The notes: generated by a model not told the origin, from the sequence alone. Numbered from the stretch's first letter, positions 40,509 to 49,241 are shown. The stretch: 64,000 nt of DNA from Desulfosudaceae bacterium (GCA_963674745.2 CAXXDV010000001.1:2240001-2304000), one strand, 5' to 3'. Numbers and translations are program-made.

Positions 40509-41093
40509 ATGAAAAAGCTCATATCAATATTTCCAGCCATTTTAATATTAATTATTATTGGAATGTCGGCTTACAATGTCAAAACAGACCCAGATTATAA
40601 AACCTACGATGTTTTGAATGAAGCGATTGAAAAAGGTGACATTTCGACTGTAAAAACGATTATTGGCAAAGACAAAAAATTTCTTTCGTTTAGTAGGCCG
40701 GCACTTAACGAAGCTGTTTTTAATTGCCAACTTGAGATAGCTAAATACTTGATAAAAGCGGGCGCAAAGGTAAATCATAAATATGGGCGTCATAATTCGA
40801 CTGCTCTTCATGTAGCAGCATATAATTGTGATAATGCCGAAATCATAAATTTATTGATCAGGAACGGTGCTATAGTTGATATAAAAAATGATCTATTTGA
40901 AACACCGCTTATGCTCGCATCCGAAAATGGAAACATCAAAGCGATGAAGGTGCTTATAGATAATGGTGCAAATGTTAATGCAAGGAGTAGAGCATACGGA
41001 ATCCCTGTAGATTATGCGAAAAGGAATAGCTCCTTAAACGCAATTGATTTTTTGAAACAAAAAGGGGCAAAAACAATCAATAAAAATTTTTAA
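40509..41093 (+). CDS. Cassette 20: exported ankyrin-repeat protein
   Basis: TALHVAA, TPLMLA, GANVN. Confidence 0.88.
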   Translation: MKKLISIFPAILILIIIGMSAYNVKTDPDYKTYDVLNEAIEKGDISTVKTIIGKDKKFLSFSRPALNEAVFNCQLEIAKYLIKAGAKVNHKYGRHNSTALHVAAYNCDNAEIINLLIRNGAIVDIKNDLFETPLMLASENGNIKAMKVLIDNGANVNARSRAYGIPVDYAKRNSSLNAIDFLKQKGAKTINKNF

Positions 41094-41094
41094 G

Positions 41095-41155
41095 ACATAA
41101 CGAACAAGGATAGATCGTGCGAGGTAACGAGCCACGATCTTATCCGGGGTTGAAC
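41095..41155 (-). repeat. attC20: short attC oriented opposite to the array, belonging to the recombinase/IS91 unit
   Basis: Minus strand GTTCAAC-CCCGG-ATAAGATC...GATCTAT-CCTTGTTC-GTT. The unpaired base is in the arm next to GTTCAAC; the L'-R' spacer is long (8 nt). Confidence 0.7.
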
Positions 41156-41349
41156 AAGCCCGCTGAACTTTCACTATAAGAAAATATTTAATTTGGGATA
41201 GAGGGCAAAAGGCGTGAACCTGGAAAGTGCTTTTTTTGCAGGACGCAGGGATCCCTTAACCTGAAGGCAGGTTTTAAAAAGACAATTTTGTTCATGGGTG
41301 TGATTGCCTCCTGTTTTTTGTTGTGCCGGGTCATAACCGGGTCAGCGTT

Positions 41350-42405
41350 TTATCCCGGCTTCCAGGCCGCGTAACGGAACCCTTTGATGACCATCGGGAT
41401 GTGGCAACGGGGGCACTTTACAGCAGGTCTCGGGCGTTGGGTTTTTATTCCAAGCCGGACATGCAGGATCAATTGCACCAGTTGCAGCGTCTTTTTGGCG
41501 TTGCCATGAAGAAACCCGTAATCGCGCACCCTGCGGAAGCCCTTGGGCAGGACATGCTGCAGAATGAGCTGGAGAAAATCTTCTCCGTCAAGCGTACGAT
41601 AACGGGTATGGCCGGTGCCGCTTTCAGTGTACCTGAAGGTGACCCGGCCATTTTCATTGGCCACAATATTCTTTTCACTGATTACACCCCGGTATAAGTA
41701 CCGGGACAGGTACTTTATGACCGGGAGCCCGTTACCGACCTTTTCACAATCCACGACCCATTTTGCAGGTGTATTTTTAGGCACATAAAGGCCGGCTTTT
41801 CTTAAAGCGGCCAGAAAACGGGCACGAAAGACCGTGGCCAGGTTAAACTCATTAAACAGATATTTTCCTTTTTTCTTTTTCCATTGTCGCCGGCGCTTAT
41901 CAATCCCGCCGCCGGGCACCACCACATGGATATGAGGATGATAATCCAGACTTCGGGTGTTCGTATGCAGAACCATGGTCAAACCGATTTCTGCGCCCAT
42001 TTGCTTCGGGTTTAAGCCAAAATCCTTGAGTGTTTCGGACACGCAGGAAAAGAAGATTGAATATACATCCCGCTGATTGTTCCAGGCCAGCGGACGGAGT
42101 TCAAACGGCAGCGTAAACGTCGCCATAAAGTAAAGCACCGGAAGCAGTTTGTCTTGCTGCCGGTCGATCCACTGAGTGGCCTCATGGTTCTGGCATTTGG
42201 GGCAGCTCCGATGTCCGCAGGACATCGGGTGCCATTTCCCATGATGGCAGGCAGGACACTGAACGTAAAATTCTCCGGAAGCAGGTGTGCGACATCTGCG
42301 TATGGCACGCAAGGATTTAAGATGCCCCGGCAAGGCTTTTTGGCCGTGCTTTTCCATAAACCTGTCAGCGTACTGATCAATAATTGATGCCAGTTCCATA
42401 ATCAT
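41350..42405 (-). CDS. IS91-family rolling-circle (HUH/Y2) transposase
   Basis: Cxx[10 protein letters not shown] zinc motif, [26 protein letters not shown]. Confidence 0.92.
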   Translation of the reverse strand: MIMELASIIDQYADRFMEKHGQKALPGHLKSLRAIRRCRTPASGEFYVQCPACHHGKWHPMSCGHRSCPKCQNHEATQWIDRQQDKLLPVLYFMATFTLPFELRPLAWNNQRDVYSIFFSCVSETLKDFGLNPKQMGAEIGLTMVLHTNTRSLDYHPHIHVVVPGGGIDKRRRQWKKKKGKYLFNEFNLATVFRARFLAALRKAGLYVPKNTPAKWVVDCEKVGNGLPVIKYLSRYLYRGVISEKNIVANENGRVTFRYTESGTGHTRYRTLDGEDFLQLILQHVLPKGFRRVRDYGFLHGNAKKTLQLVQLILHVRLGIKTQRPRPAVKCPRCHIPMVIKGFRYAAWKPG

Positions 42406-43306
42406 ACCTTTCTAAAATCAACATGGATTGTATTTATCAGCTCATTTAAGACAGTCAGGCTGTCCTGCTCCGTTATATCGCTCAGATGCGTATAACGTGC
42501 TGTTGTGGAGGGACTGGCATGGCCAAGCAGGGCCTGGATGTGACGGAGGCTTAAGCCGCGTTCAAGCAGGTGGGTGGCAAAACTGTGACGCAGGGAGTGA
42601 ATGGATACTTTTTTTTAATGCCGCATTCGGCGACGACCACTTTCATGGCTCTCTGACAGCCGCCTTTATCCATAAAGTTGGTGGCCGCCCGGATGGTCTC
42701 TAAAGACCCCTTGCAATTGGGAAATAACAAATTAGGATGACGATGCTTACGCCAAAGCTCCCGCAGGCCCGTCAAAGTCAGGTCCGGCAATGGCAGCATT
42801 CGGTCCTTATGACCTTTACCCCGGCGGATATGGACCTTTTTGCGCTCAGCATCAATGTCCCCGATCTGAAGGGACAACGTCTCTTCCAGACGCAATCCCA
42901 TGGAATAGGTTGTCAGCAGAAATACCCGGTAACGCAATTTCTTGGTTTTGCCGATGATCCGTTCAACCTCGGAAACGGTAAGAATGTCCGGTATGGTTTT
43001 GACTTTCGGCGGTTTGACGATCTTGATCCATTCCCAGTCCTTTCCGAGCACATACCGCCAGAAGAACTGCAAGCCGTTACGGTCAACCCTGACCGTGCTC
43101 CAGGAATGGCTATCCACCAGCTGAGAGAAATAACCTTCCAATTGTTCCGGACGCAAATGGTCGGGACAACAATCAAAATGGTTACGAATGCGGCGGACTG
43201 AACGGGCATAGAGATCAATGGTCCTCGGACTCATACCCTGAAGCTTGAGCAACTCCAGGTGCCTCTCATAAAGCCGGTTGAAACGTTTTACTTCCGAATC
43301 GTTCAT
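42402..43306 (-). CDS. Tyrosine recombinase with SAM-like N-terminus; full length requires a -1 frameshift at 42608-42614
   Basis: YSMGLR and GKGHKDR in frame 0; [21 protein letters not shown] in the -1 frame; stop overlaps the transposase start (ATGA). Confidence 0.88.
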
Positions 43307-43393
43307 GGTATACTCCTTTCATTGGGGGTGCCCGTAATTGAGCACGTATTGGAGTATACCTTGTTTTTTATTAATCCGCCGCGTAGCGGCTTC

Positions 43394-43521
43394 GTTCAAC
43401 CATTCAGCGCAAGAGGATCGCCAGGGCACTCGGGCTTTGAACAGCCGTACTGAATTGAACATTAACCGACTTTAAGTCAGTCAGAGAAGGCCCTGGCGCC
43501 CTTTGGCTGAAGACGTTATGA
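43394..43521 (+). repeat. attC21 (family A; probably the original attC of cassette 20)
   Basis: GTTCAAC-CATTCAGCGCAAGAGG...GTTATGA. Confidence 0.9.
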
Positions 43522-43534
43522 AATATAGCCTGAT

Positions 43535-44707
43535 ATGAAAGCCATCAAACCATTATCAATCATGCTTTTTTGTCTTATTGTTGTTTCCTGCGCCCCCAAT
43601 TCTTCTAATATAAGGGCAACAGATAATCAGATGGGCATGGATAACCATTCTGTTAATTATAGTTCGGGTGATATGTTAAAAATTGAAAATTGTACCAAAG
43701 AAGTCAATACAGAATATGACCTAATAGAGCAGGCGTTTGATTGTTATGAAGAGTTCGATCAAAAGACAATCAATGACATTACTTCCAACTACTCCATCTC
43801 TATTTTTATCAATACGTTACAAGACGATAATTACGAGTATCGTGCAGGAGCTGCAAGGATTCTTGGATTATTGAAATATTCAAAATCAGTTCCAGATTTA
43901 TTATACATGGCAATAAACGACCCAAATCCATATTGTAAGGTAAGCGCAACTTTAGCCCTCTATCAAATTGATGAGGAGCCGGCAAAAAACGATGCTTTTT
44001 CTAATCTGATAAAGGACTTTACAAATCCAGAAACAGAATCGGTTTACAGAGGCATCATCGCAGCCCTCATGGGGGATATAGGTGATCAAAATGCAACCCC
44101 TTATTTACTCACAGCTTTAAAAGATCCCAAAACAGATCCATTTGTACTCGATTTTGTAATCTTCGCTTTGGGAAAAATTAAAGGTGAAAATATACCTGCT
44201 GCACTTAATGAATTCATTTTAAGGCATGATATTGAACCATATATTCGAAAAGATGCCATAATGGCGTTAGGCTCAATTGGTGATGATGATTCAATCTCGT
44301 TCTTATCTGATATCTTGAATTCAAAAGATTACAATTATTCTATTAGGGCAGATGCGGCTTCAGCATTAGGTTACGAATCAAACCATAGCCAAAAGGCCAT
44401 TTCAGCCTTAATTAATGCCACAAAGGATGAAAATAAAGGTGTCCGTTTTTTTGCTGTTTGTGCCTTGGGAAAAATACCTGATGAGCGTGCAACGAAGGGT
44501 TTAATTAATGCTCTGAACGATGATTGTGACCGTGTTCGAGTTACGGCAGTCAATTTTTTAGGATTAACCGGTGATGAATCATCTATACCAGCGTTAACAA
44601 GGTTATCAAAAGATGATGCGATAATTTATGGTCAGCCAATTAAAGAACACGTTCAAAAAGCGATTGAGCAAATTAAGGAAAAAGCTATAAAGGATAAATC
44701 AAAATAA
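43535..44707 (+). CDS. Cassette 22: HEAT/PBS-lyase repeat lipoprotein
   Basis: VVSC lipobox; repeated R..AA.ALG.I. Confidence 0.85.
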   Translation: MKAIKPLSIMLFCLIVVSCAPNSSNIRATDNQMGMDNHSVNYSSGDMLKIENCTKEVNTEYDLIEQAFDCYEEFDQKTINDITSNYSISIFINTLQDDNYEYRAGAARILGLLKYSKSVPDLLYMAINDPNPYCKVSATLALYQIDEEPAKNDAFSNLIKDFTNPETESVYRGIIAALMGDIGDQNATPYLLTALKDPKTDPFVLDFVIFALGKIKGENIPAALNEFILRHDIEPYIRKDAIMALGSIGDDDSISFLSDILNSKDYNYSIRADAASALGYESNHSQKAISALINATKDENKGVRFFAVCALGKIPDERATKGLINALNDDCDRVRVTAVNFLGLTGDESSIPALTRLSKDDAIIYGQPIKEHVQKAIEQIKEKAIKDKSK

Positions 44708-44716
44708 CAGAAAATT

Positions 44717-44839
44717 TCATAACCACACCATGCACTTGACTCGCAGGGGCGTTCTGCTTTTTCAGTATCGCAGTTCGGTGTTAACGTGGCTTCGTAAACG
44801 TCACAGTTCCCTGCTCCCAAGTGACGGTGGACGTTGTGC
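44717..44839 (+). repeat. attC22 (family C)
   Basis: TCATAAC...GTTGTGC. Confidence 0.9.
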
Positions 44840-44859
44840 ATCTATAACATTATATAAAT

Positions 44860-46131
44860 ATGGAACCTATATTTCACAGTATAATCTTATGGGTTAAGAT
44901 TTTAAGTATACCAATAGCTTCTATTGTTTATAGATATGTTAAAAAAAAGCCATTCTTTTACAAAGAAAACCCAGATGCAAATTATCAGGAAAAATGGCGT
45001 TCTGGGCATGCATGCAATATTTTTCAAATGTTTGGTGGCGCACGAAATTGTCTTTGGTTTTCGATCCTAAAAGATGAAATAATTATCTGTCCGCATTTTC
45101 CTTTCAACTTATTATTTTTGCCTGAAATATGGGGATGTGAGCATCACATTAAAGGGAAAGAAATTATATCGATTGATGAGAACCCGAGATTAGGTGGAAT
45201 AGTAATCTGCTTTAAAAAAGGGATTGGAGTCAAAAAATTTAGAATTTATCCCAAGCACAAAGAAATTTTTGTGGGTTTCGCTAAAGGGATATTAGCTAAT
45301 CACAAAAAATCGATATCCTCCTCGCTTGTCTTGGACGAAGAAAAGCATCTCTGCCAACCGCCACACACTAAAAAGCGCTATGTACCGAAAAGTATATACC
45401 AATTAATGTTTATAATATTTTTTTTCGGAGTTATTGGTCCAATTTGGTGGTTTGTTATTCCAAATCTTTACAAAAAAGATGGCCTTTACACTGATTTAGA
45501 GCAAAGGAATGTTAAGGCGGTTGAAAAAAGAATTGATAGTCAAGAGGAAGTGATTAATCGAAGATTTTATGGATTAAATGCCACACCATTACATATTGCC
45601 GCTGGTTTGGGTGATATTGAAATGATGGATATGTTATTGCGAAAAGGTGCTAACATTGAAGTGAAGGGTTATAGGAACCTATGTGAACCGATCCATTTAG
45701 CGGCAGGCAAGGGACACATAAAAGCTGTTGAATTTTTATTAAAAAATGGCGCACATATTGATGCCAAAGATAGGGATAACGAAACCCCATTACATGATGC
45801 CGCTTATAATAATCAAGCCGAAATGATAGGTTATCTTGTTAAACATGGAGCAAACATTAATGCAAAAAGCAACTGTTATCATCTTACGCCACTTGAAGAA
45901 GCTGTTAAATTTGAACGGGCTATAGCAGTGCGTGCTTTGCTCGAAAATGGTGCCAAAGCTGATCTTGATGCTTTAATATTAAGAGTTCAAAGAGACATGG
46001 AAGGTGCGCCTTTAGCGGATGAAACACGAAAAAAAGAATGGACAGATGTATTAGAAATATTAAGGGAATTCAAGTCAAGGAATGCACAACCAGTAAATTC
46101 AGCCGACGCAAAAAACCGCGCGGCTGATTAG
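44860..46131 (+). CDS. Cassette 23: membrane protein with C-terminal ankyrin repeats
   Basis: TPLHIAA, PIHLAA, TPLHDAA; reads into its attC. Confidence 0.85.
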   Translation: MEPIFHSIILWVKILSIPIASIVYRYVKKKPFFYKENPDANYQEKWRSGHACNIFQMFGGARNCLWFSILKDEIIICPHFPFNLLFLPEIWGCEHHIKGKEIISIDENPRLGGIVICFKKGIGVKKFRIYPKHKEIFVGFAKGILANHKKSISSSLVLDEEKHLCQPPHTKKRYVPKSIYQLMFIIFFFGVIGPIWWFVIPNLYKKDGLYTDLEQRNVKAVEKRIDSQEEVINRRFYGLNATPLHIAAGLGDIEMMDMLLRKGANIEVKGYRNLCEPIHLAAGKGHIKAVEFLLKNGAHIDAKDRDNETPLHDAAYNNQAEMIGYLVKHGANINAKSNCYHLTPLEEAVKFERAIAVRALLENGAKADLDALILRVQRDMEGAPLADETRKKEWTDVLEILREFKSRNAQPVNSADAKNRAAD

Positions 46132-46142
46132 CGGCGTTAGGC
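46084..46142 (+). repeat. attC23 (classical 59-bp type)
   Basis: GCACAAC-CAGTA-AATTCAGC...GCTGATT-AGCGGC-GTTAGGC. Confidence 0.93.
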
Positions 46143-46152
46143 GCATGAATAT

Positions 46153-46593
46153 TTGATTCGAAGCTACATATTAAATGGCCTTATCGCATCAGTGGGTGCC
46201 GCATTTATAACGGCTGCTGCCAATATGCTCAATACTATTTGGCATGCTTATCCACCCGACAGATCTGGAATGTTCATCGGATTTGCAGTTTTCTTTGGTG
46301 TTGGTCTATGGTGCCTTTATGGTTCGATAAGCAATATTCGAACACGAATCCGGAACCGCAACACCTCAGAGACTTCCCCAAAAATGTTGTGGCCAGAGCG
46401 CATAGCAGCTATTCTTTGCGGTAGCACAATTCTTGGGGTTGTTCTTTTGTATATAAACTTCCTTCTTGAGCCTTTCGGCACACAAAGAGGCTCCTTAGTT
46501 TTTCATTATATCGCTCTGGGGCTATTATTTAGCGGTATCGTTGGTTCTATCGTATTGCCGATTATTAAAGCTTTAAGACGATCGAGTGCATGA
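46153..46593 (+). CDS. Cassette 24: four-TM hypothetical protein
   Basis: TTG start; hydrophobic segments. Confidence 0.7.
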   Translation: MIRSYILNGLIASVGAAFITAAANMLNTIWHAYPPDRSGMFIGFAVFFGVGLWCLYGSISNIRTRIRNRNTSETSPKMLWPERIAAILCGSTILGVVLLYINFLLEPFGTQRGSLVFHYIALGLLFSGIVGSIVLPIIKALRRSSA

Positions 46594-46603
46594 TGACGAC
46601 GGC

Positions 46604-46732
46604 GCCTAACAAGGCATCGCAAGAGGATCGCCAGGGCATTCGGCTTTTGAACATTCGGCGGAAACTGAACATTAACCGTCTTTAAGACAAGTCATTGGAA
46701 GCCCTGGCGCCCTTTGGCTGCCGCCGTTAGGC
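46604..46732 (+). repeat. attC24 (family A)
   Basis: GCCTAAC...GTTAGGC. Confidence 0.9.
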
Positions 46733-46743
46733 AAAAATATATT

Positions 46744-47286
46744 ATGAAGAGGACTAAGCTATTACTTGATGTTCCGTATTCCATAGATAAAACCATTAAA
46801 GTCCTTGAAGACAATATTGATCGCCCCAAAATGCTTACTTTAATTTCAAAGAAAAATCATAAATGCCCATTCATTGGAAAAATTAAAGGGAACAGATTCA
46901 TTTTTCGTGAACAAAGCATATGGGGATACTCTGGCCTATATGACAGGAATAATTTGCATCCATACTTTGAAGGACATATTGTACCAACCGGGGAATTCTG
47001 CCAAATTTCCGGTAAATTTACCAATGGCCCGGTAGCTGGTTGTTTGATGCCAGTACTCTTAACCTGGTTCGCTTTCCTATGTGGAATATCTTCTATTGCA
47101 ATTGTTCATAACTGGTTTACTGGCGCTGACGGACCAGCTCCAGTCATTTTGATTTTCACACTTCCTGTATTTTTGTTATCAATTTATGGTTTATTTTTTT
47201 CAAATCCTTCACGAAAGCGAGACGTAGAAAAATATATAGAAACCTTTGAAAAATTATTGAATGCAAAAATAAATGAGACTGCCTAA
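46744..47286 (+). CDS. Cassette 25: membrane hypothetical protein
   Basis: Two C-terminal TM segments; stop in R''. Confidence 0.75.
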   Translation: MKRTKLLLDVPYSIDKTIKVLEDNIDRPKMLTLISKKNHKCPFIGKIKGNRFIFREQSIWGYSGLYDRNNLHPYFEGHIVPTGEFCQISGKFTNGPVAGCLMPVLLTWFAFLCGISSIAIVHNWFTGADGPAPVILIFTLPVFLLSIYGLFFSNPSRKRDVEKYIETFEKLLNAKINETA

Positions 47287-47541
47287 CACATATGAGCCGC
47301 CCGGAGTCAATGGGGAATAAAAATTTTTTAGGGACTGAGTTTTTACTCCCCCTTTCCGCAGTTAAAACAGAACGGACTCACTGTCTTTAATTCAAAGCGC
47401 GTAGTAAAATAGCTGCTACAAAGGCCGCGCAAAGGATCGCCAGGGCATTCGGCTTTTGAACATTCGGGGGAAATTGAATATTAAACATCTTTAAGGCAAG
47501 TCGGTGGAAGCCCTGGCTCCCATTGGCGGCCGCCGTTCGGT
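47281..47541 (+). repeat. attC25 (family A) split by a 133-bp insertion
   Basis: GCCTAAC[insert]AAGGCCGCGC...GTTCGGT; compare intact attC13. Confidence 0.85.
47288..47420. mobile_element. 133-bp non-coding insertion immediately after R''
   Basis: Absent from sibling attC13; no TIR or clear TSD. Confidence 0.65.
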
Positions 47542-47550
47542 GACAAAATT

Positions 47551-48390
47551 ATGCTTAACACCCGCACATGGCATTGGCTTTGCGTTAGCGCTTTCATCAT
47601 GTTTCCGGGCGTGGTCATGATTTGGTTACTGCCAGAAAGTTCACTCCTCAGTTGGTTGGCACCGGCGATGATTTTGTGGGGCATTGTTGTTGGCATTTTG
47701 GGGGCGATTCAGGGAATCCTGCTCGCGTTTGGGCGTTTGAAAATGGGTTGTCCACGATGTGATTCGAAGAGCAACGTGATCGGAGGGAATCGAGATGGGA
47801 TGTATTTGAGCTGCCCTGAGTGCGGTGATCTCCGAATCAAGCTTGGAAGCATCTTTGGCTTGGAAGTGATTCGTTCCGGTAGTGAAGAGGATGACCTTTC
47901 CGATTATAAGGAAGAATCTGCATCGCTACTTCTCACACCCAAGAGACACCCTTTATTGTTCATAGTCCTTTATCTCCCAGTGGTAGCATCGATTATTGTT
48001 GCTACGATCATACACGAGTTCACGGTTTTCTATCTCCTGATTCCTGGCGTGTGGTGTTATGGAGTTGGATGCTTCATCATCGAAGGCATTTACAAAGGTA
48101 GTATGAGCGACAACCACGGAACAGCCTTACGATCGAAGTCGCCCGTTCGATTTTGGGGCAAGATTGGAATTTGGTTTCTCTTTTATGTTTTCGCCACGGC
48201 TTTTCCCATTGGATTCGCCATGCAAGAGCACAGCAAGGCCGACACCGAACAATTCTGTTCAAGTAACAGCCAGGGCCGAGCCGCTTTGGCAGATGGTTGT
48301 AAAATTGAAGGTGTGTCCTTTTTATTGAAGTCAGAGAAAGCCTGTCTGTCCCTGACTGAAGACGTTATGCATAAAAATGAAGTGATATGA
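47551..48390 (+). CDS. Cassette 26: membrane protein with zinc ribbon, reads through attC26
   Basis: CPRC..CPEC, several TM segments; stop overlaps the next ATG. Confidence 0.78.
   Translation: MLNTRTWHWLCVSAFIMFPGVVMIWLLPESSLLSWLAPAMILWGIVVGILGAIQGILLAFGRLKMGCPRCDSKSNVIGGNRDGMYLSCPECGDLRIKLGSIFGLEVIRSGSEEDDLSDYKEESASLLLTPKRHPLLFIVLYLPVVASIIVATIIHEFTVFYLLIPGVWCYGVGCFIIEGIYKGSMSDNHGTALRSKSPVRFWGKIGIWFLFYVFATAFPIGFAMQEHSKADTEQFCSSNSQGRAALADGCKIEGVSFLLKSEKACLSLTEDVMHKNEVI
48244..48370 (+). repeat. attC26 (divergent, family-A-like)
   Basis: ACCGAAC...GTTATGC. Confidence 0.8.
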
Positions 48391-49061
48391 ATTTATCCTT
48401 AAAGCAAAAATTTCTTCTGATTGGACTAATAATATTATTCTTTCGAGTCTTCTCAGCCCTTTTAACATTCGGACACGTCCAGCTATTCGGGACTCCATTT
48501 CAAATTGATTTTCTTTTCAATGTATATTCACCTCTTGTCGCATGTGCGCTATCTGTTATTATCTCCATACAAATATTTAATAAATTTTCTGATATAAATA
48601 AACTTTTTGTCATAATGGTTTTGGTTGTCGCATTTTTACCGATGTCTTTTAATTATGAGATCGCCTTTGATGAAGGCACTGACGCTATTCCTGTCGATGA
48701 ATTAGGTGCTGTTAAGCCCGCGTCATTCGGTTTTCATTTGATCGACGATGAACAATCGATACAATCGACCATTTTGACTAACAAGCATGTTGATCGGGCG
48801 GAAGCTGTTTCTGATAAAACTTTCGGGGTTAAAATCTTTTTTACACCTCAAGGAGAAGCGGAATTCCCAAAGTCTATCCGAATCAATGTTGGGGAAAAGC
48901 TTGGTTTTTCTATTAATGGCGAATTGCTCACCAGCACCATAGAAATGGTAGAAAGGGATGATGCTGATAATATAGAAGAAGCCCCGTATATTGTATTGCC
49001 GTTATGCGTTGATATTTTTGGGGCAAACAGAATTGCTGCGGAAATTATGAAGAACAAATAA
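48387..49061 (+). CDS. Cassette 27: membrane protein with possible SecDF P1-head-like domain
   Basis: Three TM segments then VKIFFTPQGEAEF..NVGEKLGFSINGELL. Confidence 0.65.
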   Translation: MNLSLKQKFLLIGLIILFFRVFSALLTFGHVQLFGTPFQIDFLFNVYSPLVACALSVIISIQIFNKFSDINKLFVIMVLVVAFLPMSFNYEIAFDEGTDAIPVDELGAVKPASFGFHLIDDEQSIQSTILTNKHVDRAEAVSDKTFGVKIFFTPQGEAEFPKSIRINVGEKLGFSINGELLTSTIEMVERDDADNIEEAPYIVLPLCVDIFGANRIAAEIMKNK

Positions 49062-49069
49062 TTAATAAT

Positions 49070-49182
49070 GCATAAGAAGCTCAAGTGGACAGCCAGGGCA
49101 CTCGGGTTTTGAAAAATCGAGGGGTTTGAACAACCCAAATCATTAACTAAGTCAGTGGAAGCTCTGGCTGCCGCCGTTCTGT
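49070..49182 (+). repeat. attC27, degenerate (R'' AAC lost, right arm shortened)
   Basis: GCATAAGAAGCTC versus GCATAACCAAGAAGCTC in attC8. Confidence 0.75.
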
Positions 49183-49206
49183 TTCAATACCCCCACCAAA
49201 AATATG

Positions 49207-49235
49207 TTGACAAAAGGCAGACAATAGCATATATT
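49207..49235 (+). promoter_or_regulatory. Sigma70 promoter of the TA cassette
   Basis: TTGACA-17 bp-TATATT; ATG lies 6 nt downstream. Confidence 0.8.
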
Positions 49236-49241
49236 CATGCC

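Larger units (their letters stand above)
41101..43399 (-). mobile_element. Tyrosine recombinase + IS91-family transposase element integrated as an inverted cassette in an attC R'' box
   Basis: Ends GTTGAACAAGCCCGCT and (rc) GTTGAACGAAGCCGCT; removal restores GACATAAC-CATTCAGCGC family-A attC. Confidence 0.85.

Noticed and set aside
42402..43306. This recombinase as the array's integron integrase IntI
   Set aside because: It lies mid-array, is coupled to an IS91 transposase, is short (about 301 aa) and shows no obvious IntI-specific insertion. An HMM test would settle it.
29919..49241. N-terminal extensions starting inside attC sites (MAAAV, MAEDV, MRPHTV) in the ORF track
   Set aside because: They come from TTG/GTG codons in the attC arm that are in frame for only some cassettes; downstream ATGs are more plausible starts.
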